The notes beneath the pieces were generated by a model. That model was not told the DNA's origin, searched no databases, and was given only the letters and a program-made list of their open reading frames with translations. From Carcharhinus longimanus (taxonomy: Eukaryota), in NCBI GenBank assembly GCA_030264375.1, contig JASCQW010000137.1, positions 25,749,264 through 25,813,263 of the forward strand: 64,000 nt of DNA. The letters run 5' to 3'. The position numbers and the translations under genes are program-made. Below are positions 26,806 to 38,020 of the stretch, in pieces; the stretch's first letter is position 1, and each line of letters starts with the position of its first letter.

Positions 26806-27040
26806 AAGTAAAATACTACAGATGCTGAAAATCTGAAATAAAAATAGAAAATACTAGAAATAGTCAGCAGATCTGGCAACATTGGTTTATGACTCGCCTG
26901 ATGAAGGAGCAGTGCTCTGAAAGCTTGTGATTTCAAATAAACCTTCTGGACTTTGGTCTGATGTTGTGAGACTTCTAACATTGACTCACTTTCTCTCTAA
27001 ACCAATGTTTTGAGTCTGGGTGACTCTTCTTCAGAGCTTC
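26806..27040. mobile_element. Two nested PLE-derived terminal-repeat fragments with hammerhead cores
   Basis: + strand CTGATGA-aggagcagtgctct-GAAAGCTT at 26898-26926, inside a different repeat whose - strand reads CTGAAGA-agagtcacccagactc-AAAAC. Confidence 0.65.
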
Positions 27041-28105
27041 AAGCATTTACTTTCAAACTGCAGGCACAATGCAAATCTAGCCACTATTTCTTATTATTCC
27101 TTACAGAATGTAATGTGCATGATGTGCTAATACTATACTGCCATTATTTTGAGGGATCTTATTCTGGCTGATTACAATAACTTTGATGAAAGATTCCCCC
27201 AGAGCAAAAGCCAATGATGTAAATGCCATTGATCAATGGTTAGATAGGTAAATGTGATCGGCACAGGCTTGGAGGGTTGAAGGGTCTGTTCCTGTGCTGT
27301 GCTGTTCTTTGTTCTATGACTCAGAATTACTTCTACCAAAGTTGCGGGTTGGGATTCCTCCCCAACATCCCCCACCCCGCTGCCCCCATACGGCCAATGG
27401 CAGACTGTTCCTGCCGCTGCAAAACACGCTGTTTTGAAAAGGCGGAGGTGGTCCACCATTGGCCAGTGGCGGGTTTTTCCCACCAGTCAATGAATTTTCC
27501 CATTGTTCACACCTTCTGTCGCTGGGGAATCCGTGATAGGGGATCATCATTGGAGGGATCTTCCAATCCCGCCAATGGGAATGGCGGGAATACTTTGGCC
27601 ATGGTGTTAATTGAGAGATCCCTGTAAATCTAATCTGCTATATGCCTTGGCTGCAACATGTGGTTATATGTTGCCACAGGATTGTATGGTCAGAGCGTGA
27701 TTTCTTCCCAAAGGAAACACAGTTTGATAAGCCCAGGGAATAATGTTCATAACTGGATCATGTTCCTGGGTATTTACACATGTTAGCTCTATCGTAGCTT
27801 CTGGCAAAAATTTCTCAGCATTTCATCTGAGCTACTGACTATGGGCTTTTTTGAATGCCTTCTTTGCTCTCCTCGGCAACCACAACACGACCTGACCACT
27901 TTGGGACTGTTTCTTTTTCCTACTCCGAACTCTCAATCACACCTGAATTGCACGGTAGCGCAATACACAGAAGGCTATAATTCAAGAAAAATCTTGAGTT
28001 TCATGTTTCTCAACATACTTGTTATTCCTTGCTGAATCTTGTAATCCAGAGCTCCTGTGGCATCACTAGTCTCCAATGAATCATCGGAGTAGTGCTTTGA
28101 CTCAC

Positions 28106-28136
28106 CGATGTAAGCGTGCCACCTCAGTAACTGGCA
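28106..28136 (-). CDS. Candidate 31-nt frame-shifting cassette exon
   Basis: Poly-T tract then aacaccag acceptor, near-consensus donor CG|GTGAGT; phase 1 reads (L)PVTEVARLH(R). Confidence 0.35.
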
Positions 28137-29490
28137 CTGGTGTTAAAAAAAAATTTTGGCATCATTTATCAGCTGCACATTCTGTGATTGAAGCTCTTCC
28201 TTGCTTAGAAAACGGAAGGAGTTGTAGTAAATGTTGCAGATGACCACAAGGGCATCCTGCACCTCAGGAAATCCTGCTTGTTAATAAAAGCTGATGTTTT
28301 GCTCTCCTCACTATTTAGGATCCAATAAGAACGTAAATAATTAAGAAACCTATCTGATCGGAATAGGAACCTTCTTAATGTTGGAGTGAAAACTTCTGAC
28401 TAAGTTCAGATGAGGCTCCCTGGAAAGATGCAGTTGTGTAAAAACTCAAGGCTGTTGGGCAATATAGCAGCCATTATTTAATACTGTGTTACAGGCAGGC
28501 AGGGAAATGATTTAAACAGCCACGGTTTCTCCTCTCACTACTACTCCAGAAAAGTGTTTTGTTTTAATTTCCCCCTTTGTCAGCACTGGCATATTTTCCC
28601 CAGCCCTTCAATTTTGAGTGATCCAATCTTCTATTACTCGCCCCTCAAACTCAAATAAGATAAAATTTAACACAGATACAAAAGGCGAGAAGGGGTTTCA
28701 CAACAAGTGCTCCTTTTGCATTCCTACAATAGAAGAGGGATAAGGGAAAGAAATGGGTACAGAGTAAAGACATAATAAGTATGAGAGTTCATGTGAATTC
28801 AGAGCCCAGAATCAAAAGTCTAATGTGTGTTCTTTCAGAGGTTAGCAGGCTGAAACTGTTGCTGTGTGATCCATCTTTCCAGAAGTGAGGGATTCCCCGT
28901 TGGAAAAGGCACACAGAGATGATCTTATAGGCATCGACACAGAAGTCCCAGTGTTTCCAATAGTACACAGTGTAGGTGGCAATTTACCTGAACAGAACCC
29001 TTTCTGCTGCTACCTATTGGGTGATAAAACGATCGACTGTCTAGGTTCAGTTCCACATGGCAATATTACAGGTTCTAACAGCTCAGGGGAGGTCATGTGG
29101 TGTACCTCCCACTTCCTCTCCTGAGTTTTGGGACAAGGGATTTATTTTTCCGAGTCTGGAATCCTGAGGTTTTTAATGGAGAAGTCAGAGTCCCTTTTGT
29201 CCTTTTGCAAGCACAACATCTCTGTGGCCAGAGCTCTGCCTTAGAAATTATAAAGGAAGTTGGTGCATTCTTTCGGAATTTGATTTTCTGTAGCCAAAGG
29301 GGGCATAAAAGCATCTTTAAAGATAACAAGGTCCCTGCTAGTTTTCTGAAAGTTAGATATTCCTCTGGTATGAGTCATAGTTTGTCAGGTATGTCAGGGT
29401 AAAACCTTTGTCCATTTTTAAAATCAAATAATAATTTAATAAAGTAGCCTGGTTGACGTAGGTACATATTTTCTTTCCAGATGGGGCACA

Positions 29491-30578
29491 TGTTACAAAC
29501 CATTACCATCATGTGAGGAGGGTTAGGATGGTTCCCCACTTTCCCATTCCTCATTTGACAACAACAATGTTTTTTAAAGAAGAATATGCTTGCTTAGTCA
29601 TTGAGTGCTTAACTGTTTCAGTGCTGTGATTATGTAAGACACAACCAGCCAGGCTTCCTCAAGTTCTTTGAAAAGAGAACAGTATTTATTGCACATGACC
29701 CGGTCCAAGAAAAAAAAAGTTTCAATTGTCACACACACACAAACTCAAAATTCACAAACACACATCCATGCATCCACGCAATCACACATATACATGCACA
29801 CACCAATAAGTCACACAGCAGAAGGGTAGATTAATTGATACCTTAAAGTCCAATATGAATCAACATGATATGGTTCTCATAGGATGATAACTTGAGTGAA
29901 TGCAGGCTGGGCTCCATTATCCTGCTGATTTCAGCATTGGAGCCATTTAAAAAGTAGTCAGAAAATGTATCTATTCTTTGGAGGCAGAATGGGTTGAGTT
30001 GCTGGGTTGAGTTCTTTTTAACATCTGTCTGCGGCATATGGATAGTGAGACAGCAGTAAGAATTCAAGCTTGCAAGATAGGTGGAGAAAGTCCACACTGG
30101 TGTCTTGTCATTTTGGCATTATTTTCTGCTTCTGTCTCTGGGCTGGAGTTGCTTAAAACACAAACCAAGTTAGTTAGCTGGCTTGTCACATGACTCTCTC
30201 CCTCTCCCCCAGTTGACCAGTGACCCAAATGTGATCATGGCTAGCACATCCAGGTGAATGATTGTGACGTAATTAGATTATGGCTGGTGTGGATTCCTTT
30301 CTCAGAGGTGGTTACATCTAATGCATCTGGGCCCCACCCAGGTGATTGATAGGGTTAGGAGATGATCCTACTCATGCTCCTTCAAAGTAACTGTCTGCTG
30401 GAAAGGTTGGCTCCACTTAATGGTTTTGGAATGATCATATACAGTGATGCAAATTTTTAGCCATTTTAGAAGCTACAGTCTCAACTCAATAGAATTTGGT
30501 TTCACTATTTTTAAAATCCAATTAGTGGCTTCCAGCCAGTAAATTCATATTATTTTTTGAAAGCATGGCTTCATAACC
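29491..30578. mobile_element. Possible solo LTR
   Basis: Starts tgttac and ends cataac; no ORF, internal CA-rich tract; no TSD confirmed. Confidence 0.3.
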
Positions 30579-30589
30579 TCACTTGGCAA

Positions 30590-31165
30590 ATCATGTTGCA
30601 GCTATATAAATTCTTAGTTAGGCTGCATTTGGAGTATTGCATGCAGTCCTGGTTGCCACACCACCAGAAGAACTTGAAAATTTTGGACAGAGGGCAAAGA
30701 ACGTTCACTAGGATGTTGCCTGGTCCCGAGGGCATTGGTAATGAGCAGAGGTTGAATAAACTAGGATTGTTTTCACTGGAAATACAGAGGCTGAAGAGAG
30801 ACTGGTAGAGGTCTACAAAATTATGAGAGGCATAGATGGTGTGGACGGTCAGAGGCTTTTTCCCAGGGTGAAAGTGTCAATTACAAGGGCACACAGGTTC
30901 AAAGTAAGAGAGGGAAAGTTTAAGGGAGATGCGCAAGGGAAGCTTTTCACACAGAGAGTGACTGGTGCCTGGAACAGGCTGACAGAGGAGGTGATGGAAG
31001 CAGGCACATTAGCAATGTTTAAGAGGCACTTGGTTGTGTACATGAACAGGGAAGGAATCAGGGATACAGACCAAGTAAGGGCAGAAGGTTTTTTTTAAGA
31101 TTGTTAGGGCATCATGATATGCGGGGACTTGGAGGGATGAAGGGCCTGTTCCTGTGCTGTACTTT
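30590..31165 (+). mobile_element. CR1 LINE 3' fragment
   Basis: LQLYKFLVRLHLEYCMQSW...GLFSLE...RLFPRV...FTQRV.GAWN motifs plus tail. Confidence 0.9.
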
Positions 31166-31753
31166 AGTCTATAACAAAACACATTATAATAGAACATTAT
31201 CAGCATAGAAAGTCCTGTTGAGTGTCTATCTGTTCATTGTTTTGTGGAACCGCAACCAGGGGAACCTGCAAATATTTTAAAGTGTTGTCCATAACTTTGT
31301 TTCTAACTGTCATGCCTTTCCCAAAGACTTACAAAGCCCTTCAGAGAACAATGAGCAGAAGAACACATCATTGTCTTCTAAGGGTAAATCAGGTAGATGT
31401 GGGAACTAATGGCTAATAAAGGTTGCCTGTACCTTCCATTTATATCTGTTTTGACGTTTACCTTGTCACTGAAGATGCCAATGCCTCTGGAGCTGGCATG
31501 AAAACCATATTTATGAAGGGACACTGGATCCTCAGGGGTAGCAATGCCACTCTGTTTACTTCACTACAGCCATCTTGAGGTCAAGATTACTCTGTAATCC
31601 TGGAAGGACATCAGCCTGAGACACTGGGTGGAATTTATGTTCCCTGGGGGTTCCTGTGCACCAGCTGGAAAGCTGTTGGGAATGTTTCATTGTTCATTTT
31701 TGTGAGGCCTGACAAAGATTTTTAAACATCAGGCACTTTTCTGTGCAACCTAA

Positions 31754-32065
31754 GGGCAGTACAATGGCATAGTAGTTAGCACTTCTGCCTCATAGCGCCA
31801 GGGACCCAGGTTCAATTCCAATCTTGGGTTTCTGTCGTGTGGAGTTTGCACAACCTCCTTGTGTTTGCATGGGTTTCCTCCATCTACTCCAGTTTCCTCC
31901 CACAGTCAAAAGATGTGTGGGTTAAATTGATTTGCTATGCTAAATTGTAAGGAGGACTAGCAGGGTAAATATGTGGGGTTACGGGGATGGGGTTTGGGTG
32001 GGATTGTTGTCGGTGTAGGTTCGATGGGCTGAATGGCCTTCTTCTGCACTGTAGGGATTCTATGA
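31754..32065 (+). mobile_element. HE1-type V-SINE
   Basis: Canonical head; tail gatgggctgaatggccttcttctgcactgtagggattctatga. Confidence 0.85.
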
Positions 32066-32254
32066 ACCTCAGTCCACCCATTGACTTAAACCGAGTGCTG
32101 GATGGAAATGCCATTCCTGAGAGCATCCACCCAGAGGCCAGCAGCTGGCAGCTATCCACGTCCGACAGTGCCACCAGGAGCCGTGGCCACTGCCAATACT
32201 CCCCATGGCCCTTCAGCAGGGGTTGAAGATAGGATTCTGGACAGAGGTAAGTTT

Positions 32255-32660
32255 AGGAGGCTGAGGGGGGATCTTATAGAGATTTACAAGATAATGAAGG
32301 GGCTAGATAGGGTTGAGGTAGAAAGATTCTTTTCGCTTAGAAAGGAAACCAGAACTAGAGGCCACAGCCTCAAAATAAGGAGGGGCAGTTTAGAACAAAG
32401 TTGAAGAGGAACTTCTTCACTCAAAGGCTGGTGAATCTCTGGAATTTTCTGTCCATTGAAGTGGTGGAGGCTACCTCATTGAATATGTTTAAGTCATGAG
32501 CAGATAGATTTCTGATAGATAAGGGAATTAAGGGTTTATGGGGAGCAGGCAGGAAAGTGGAACTGATCCACTTCAGATCAGCCATGATCTTATTGAATGG
32601 CCGGGCAGGCTCGAAGGGCTAGACGGCCTACTCCTGCTCCTATTTCTTATGTTCTTATAT
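32255..32660 (+). mobile_element. CR1 LINE 3' fragment
   Basis: RRLRGDLIEIYKIMKGLDRV...TRGHSLKI; tail cctactcctgctcctatttcttatgttctta. Confidence 0.9.
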
Positions 32661-33854
32661 AAGTGGGCCTTCTAACAAGCCCACCCCTGTACTTGGCAAT
32701 ACTGTGGTTTCCACTGTTCTGTATCCAAGTGCAGTGGGCTCGACTCCATTCCATACCCACCCTCCAACATGAAGCACATAAACCTAATATGAAAATCTCA
32801 GGTGAAAATCCTATTCTTGAGAGGGTTGCACTGAGCAGGGAAATTTCCTGTCTTGAGCTAGCATCCTTGATGGTGAAATCATGGCTCAAAGTGCCCAAGT
32901 ATGAGGGAACCCCGAGTAGGCCACATCCAAAACCTACAGGTTTTACTGGGATGTTGTCTCTGCATGGCAAGCTCCCTGCCAGCCACTGGTAGAATCCAGC
33001 AGTGGCATTAGCCAATTAAGGGCCTCAACTGACCTCTGGGCAGGAAGGATGTCCCCCACTCTTCCTGCCCAGAGACTTATGGGGGGTAGCTAGAAGTGGC
33101 AGGATGTTCACTCCGCACCCTCTCACCTCAATCAAATGGTCACCCAATCTCTCAAACCTGCCTCCAAGGATGTGGCCTGGACATTAACTCTCTTTCTCTG
33201 CTTCTCCTTCCACAGATGATACCAGACCTGTTGCTTATTTCCAGGTTTTTCTGTTTTTATTTGAGTTCTTGAAAGTAATTCAAAACTAACCCTAGTGGTA
33301 ACTTGTGTTAAGGTGTGAAATAAGTTGTTATGCTATTCTCAGTGAATCAACAGAGATTGTAAAGTGGAAATCATTTATTATTGATGAGATACTGCAGAAT
33401 TACTTTGGAAAACAGTGCCATACTACTTGCTCAAGTCCAAGGTATGTCATAGGAACTGCCTCTTTTATATTGGTCTATGGCGTCTCCAGCAGTGAGGTCG
33501 TGTGCAATTATTTCTTACTCATGCTATCCAGCTATGTGCCAAACCCAAACACCTTCTTCAATTACTGAGAAACAGATGGACAGGCCAGTTCAGAAGAAAG
33601 CATTTTGCTCTTCAGCAAGGAATGAACAAGAAAATAGAAAAAAGAAAGGCTTTCAATTATATATAGCGTTGTTCATGACCACAAAATGTCCCCAAAAGCT
33701 TCATAGACAAGTAGTTTGGAAGTTCAGCCACTGTTGTCATGTAGGACAGTACAAATGGGTCAAGGTTGTAGCTTTCATATGCAAATTCACAAAGCATCAG
33801 AAATAAAGCTGGGTAATCAGAGACATTAGTTATGATATTAGAAGATTATGAGGG

Positions 33855-34212
33855 GAGATGGTGGCACAGTGGTATGTCACAAGTCCAGGTTAGTGTTCTG
33901 GGGACATGGGTCCAAATCACACCATGGCAATCAGCAGAAATTATATTTCTTAATAAAAATTTGGAATATGAAGCTTATCTCCATGGTGGTGATCACGGTA
34001 CTATTGATATTGTTGTTAAGACAAAAGTAAACCTTGCTCACTAATGTCTTTTTGGGAAGGAAATCTGCTATTTTTATCTGACCTGGTCTACATGCAACCC
34101 CAGATCCATAGTAATGTGGTTGACTCTGAAATTCCTCCCTGAAATAGCCTAACATGCCACTCAGGCGATTAGGGGGCAACAACAAATGCTGGCCTCGTAC
34201 ATCCCATGGACA
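33855..34212 (+). mobile_element. Second tRNA-derived SINE family
   Basis: Homologous to 17262-17582. Confidence 0.75.
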
Positions 34213-34254
34213 AATAACTCAATGTAATTGCCGCAACAGAAGCTACAACCAGAT

Positions 34255-34392
34255 TGGGCCAGAATCTTATCACCGTTCACACCGGCGGGATTCTCCCGTC
34301 TCGCTGCGGTGAATGGACGTTTGGCTGGCAGCCAAATTCTCCTGCTTTGCTGCAGCAATAGCATGGCATGGACAGTAGGCAAGATCGCACCC
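34255..34392. mobile_element. Short Harbinger-like MITE
   Basis: Similar to 42165-42290 (ttcacacc..cgggatt...gtttggctg); GGGC..GAAT-type termini. Confidence 0.5.
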
Positions 34393-35289
34393 CAGATGTT
34401 TCTGACTGTTAAAAAGCTTCAGCAGTAATGGATCGAGAAAAGAGGGCAGAGGAATGGCTCTCTAATTCGGGCCATGCCACACAAAAAGATTTTATGAAAT
34501 TGAAGAGAGGGGTCAGACTCTGTCCTGTGCGAGTTAATCAATGGCAAGTGATAACTTCCTGTACTGGGAATCCACTTTGATTAGCAAACATTTGGGAAGA
34601 AATCACAGATGAGATTTGCAGGCAATTTAGAGAATTGCAGGAGCAATTGCCACAGTAATGGGGTTAAATGTCTTAAGTTAGAGCAGGGATAAGAAATGTT
34701 TGCGTTCAGAGAACACACCAAGAGTGTTTGCTTAATCAGTATGTTCCATGCTGACTATGAAGAAAGATTAATGTAGCAAATGATAAAAAAAAAACTACCC
34801 AGCAGCATACTGGTGATAAAATCAGGAAGGAAAATGGTGTTGGGGCAATGTTTTATGCTGGCCATCTATCTGTAAAATTAATGATATGTACCTTTCACTG
34901 TAGGGTGTTCTTTCATTAATTAATGTACCAGTTTAACAAAAAACCTCTGATTTCATGAATAATGTTGGAATTGATATTAATCGCTGCCTTTCTGTTCAAT
35001 TTCCTTTTACCCACCACAGTGACTCAGAGAGGAATACGAACAAATCTATGGCTCATATTCCACGGGGCATTTCTAATTACCTGGTATGCTGTTCAACAGG
35101 GACCTCCCCCCTGTGTTTCAGCGGATCTATTGCTGCTGGGGTTGTGGAACCATTCTGATACCAAGACTCATTTAGAGTGAGAACACTTTTCACAACCCAG
35201 TCAGGTGCAATATCCCACTGACATTCCCCTCTCATTACAACAAAACCTTTATTGTTGGCGCCTCACGCCTGCCGCATTATTTTACATAC

Positions 35290-35343
35290 AGTCAGCAGGG
35301 CCGCTTTGAGCTTTTCTAGTCCTAAGAGCATTAGCTGGAGAAC
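35290..35343 (-). CDS. Putative 54-nt internal exon of the - strand gene
   Basis: Acceptor gttctttatgatgtacag, donor CT|GTATGT; phase 1 GSPANALRTRKAQSGPAD, phase 0 VLQLMLLGLEKLKAALLT; lies in TE-free, CpG-retaining sequence. Confidence 0.5.
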
Positions 35344-36844
35344 CTGTACATCATAAAGAACATCCGCATGGGTAACGTACGTGGCTCTCGCACGGTAAAG
35401 ATGAAAAGTAGTATGATGAACTAGACCGGCAGAACAAGACAAAGGGCAGGAATGCAGTGCATTCAATTCTCACCGGACTTACAACTGTTTCTCAATTTGA
35501 AGAATGAAGTGCAGGTATTAGGGTAAATGCTTGTTGAACATTCTCAGCCATGCCTCCTAGACAGATACGCACTAAGAATGACTGAATACTTTAGCTTTGA
35601 CTTATCCCGTAAAGGCCTCTGCTTCAGTTGCTGGCTTTTAGCTCTCTATTCATTTATTTTCCAACACACACCTTGAACAATATATGAAAGCAGCACAGCT
35701 TCAGGATTGAATGATAACGAACAAGCAGGTTTGAATCCAATTAATTGCAAAGAGTCACACCAATTCTATGTGCATTAAGTGTGTCTAAATAGGCATCCTT
35801 CCTTTCCAAAGTAGGAATCTATTTTTGAAGGATTTTGCTGTTTTTGGTTAACATTGCCTGAATGATGTTTCACGCACTGTTTGGAAACGAACACTGCAAT
35901 AAGCTGGAAGATGAACAAGGCTTTCTGGTGTTAAGAAATTGCCCCATACATATTAAAGCTGAGACCAGAATCAGCTACAGCTGAGATTTGGATTGAAGCA
36001 GGTTGCTAAAATGACTGGTGGATATGGTAAACCTGTTGCTTGTTGCTTATTAGTGGTGTTTACTATACAGGAAATCCCATCCTGGCTTAAAAAATAGTTT
36101 TTGATAAGCTGCAACCCAAAAGATGTCTTACAAAGCGAGGACAAATTGAGTGCGGCACAGCTCGATTCAGTGCTCCCTTTTGATGTTTGCCTGTAAGTTA
36201 AGAAAGTTATTTCTTTTGACGTTCTTGCATTTTTGATTGCAATATATAATGTTTTTTGTTCTAGGGCCAACATCAAAATCAAGATGAAACAGCATTAGTG
36301 TTGAATTATATATTCCAACTGCTGCTTGCCAGTGTAAAATTGGTGCTGAGACCTCATTATAATTTGGCATATGCGCAGGCAGCATTATCTGTGCTATTCA
36401 ACAGCTACAGTTTTATTTGAGAGGCCATATGTTGGGTTTGACTGATGTCACCTCAAATGCAGCCAGTCCATTTTAAAGGTGAGGTGCACCCTGTACAGAG
36501 AAAGATGGAAATAAAGAATGGAATTCCTGGAGGATACATTAAAAATGACAAGCAGATTCTGGGACACAACCTTTTAGTTCTTGATACAGACAATTGTCAA
36601 CAGTAGAGGGATCCCCTTCCAACAGTGGGGGATCTTCAGTTGCAAGGAATAAAATAACTGACTTCACAAAGTAAATCCAAGAAAAGGGTTTAATAGAAGA
36701 AACTTCATTACACCAACACACGTCATGCCCTGGGCCACACAAGCTCCCCACAATCCCCATCTGCTTTCTACTTATACCAGGTCATTACTTTTGGTTATAG
36801 TGTAACAGATTCCAGTGTTATCATTGGTTACATTATAATGAGGG

Positions 36845-37700
36845 AGGGAGATGAGGGCAAGGTAGTTGAGCTAGTGAATGCCAAAAAGCTTAGCTCTTGT
36901 GATGTGGCTGTAATACAGAAATAAGTTTAATGATCTCAACACAGAGTTGTCAAGGTAAGAATCGTACGTTGCCACTCAAACTGTCTCTCCTCACACTCTT
37001 CATAATACACCCTTCCCATGCCATCCTCTATACTTCAATAATCACTGTGCCACTCTTCATTACATGTCCCACTGACAAACTGTGCACATTCTCTGACTCT
37101 CACTATTGTTGCAATATTCACTTCCGCACACCTCACATTTGGCATACTGCAGACAAGCAGTAGGGGTATCATAGCAGTATTCTCCAACCACCTCATAAAG
37201 ATATCACCAACAATATCTTCTTTTTAGAGGGAAAACGTTGCCTACAATCTGAGACAAGAAGTCGCAACTGGAAGAGGCAGAAGCTGATGCTGCATACCTT
37301 TCCCCTCTAGAGGAAAACCTGCTGGCTATCACAGGTTGGTGCACAGTCATTGATGACTGATGCTTTCATAAGCCTCATTTATTTTCTCTTCTTTTGTACT
37401 ACGTCTCTCCCTTTCGTTTCAGGTGCAGATAATGTGGAAATCCTTGTACCACTTCAGGAAGAAGAGGCCAGTCTTTTCAATAACGTGTCCGACTCTGACT
37501 AGAACCAGCTCAGAAACTGCCAGCACACTGACTTTGGAATGTATGATGCTGGAGAAGCCTTTGTGCAGTGAATCAACAGGCATAGCTGTGCGGGAGTGTG
37601 GGAAGAGACAGGCATAAAAACGTTTGGTTGCTGATATGGACAGCTAAAGTTCCAATGGAGGCAAATGATGGCTACAGTGGTCAACCTGCCAGTGTTCTTG
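36845..37700 (+). pseudogene. Decayed intron-containing Myb/SANT-like gene of a PIF/Harbinger transposon
   Basis: ELVNAK..MWL*YRNKFNDL (cf. W.QC.KK..DL), then AAG|GTAAGA; next block ENVAYNLRQEVATGRGR..SPLEENLLAITG; stops and frameshifts present. Confidence 0.65.
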
Positions 37701-37778
37701 TTCAGACCATGTTAGACAATGGTGAATGGGTCCCCATTGAACTCCTATTGTATTATGTTGGTCTCTCATCTGAGCACA

Positions 37779-38020
37779 TGATGTGGAGGTGCCAGCGTTG
37801 GACTGAGGTGAGCATAGTAAGAAGTCTCACAACACTAGGTTAAAGTCCAACAGGTTTATTTGGTAGCACAAGCTTTTGGGGTGCTGCCCCTTCATCAGGT
37901 GAGTAAATACTTCACACATAGTGAATACCTCACTCACCTGATGAAGGAGCAGTGCTCTGAAAGCTCATGCTACCAAATAAACTGTTTGCACTTTCACCTG
38001 GTGTGAAACTTCTTACTGCA
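37779..38020. mobile_element. Palindromic PLE-derived element with hammerhead cores
   Basis: Inverted arms of ~100 bp around a ~25 bp spacer; + core CTGATGA...GAAA at 37938-37962. Confidence 0.8.

Noticed and set aside
28850-29420. Cluster of ORFs on both strands
   Set aside because: No recognisable motif or consistent splice sites; possibly decayed TE.
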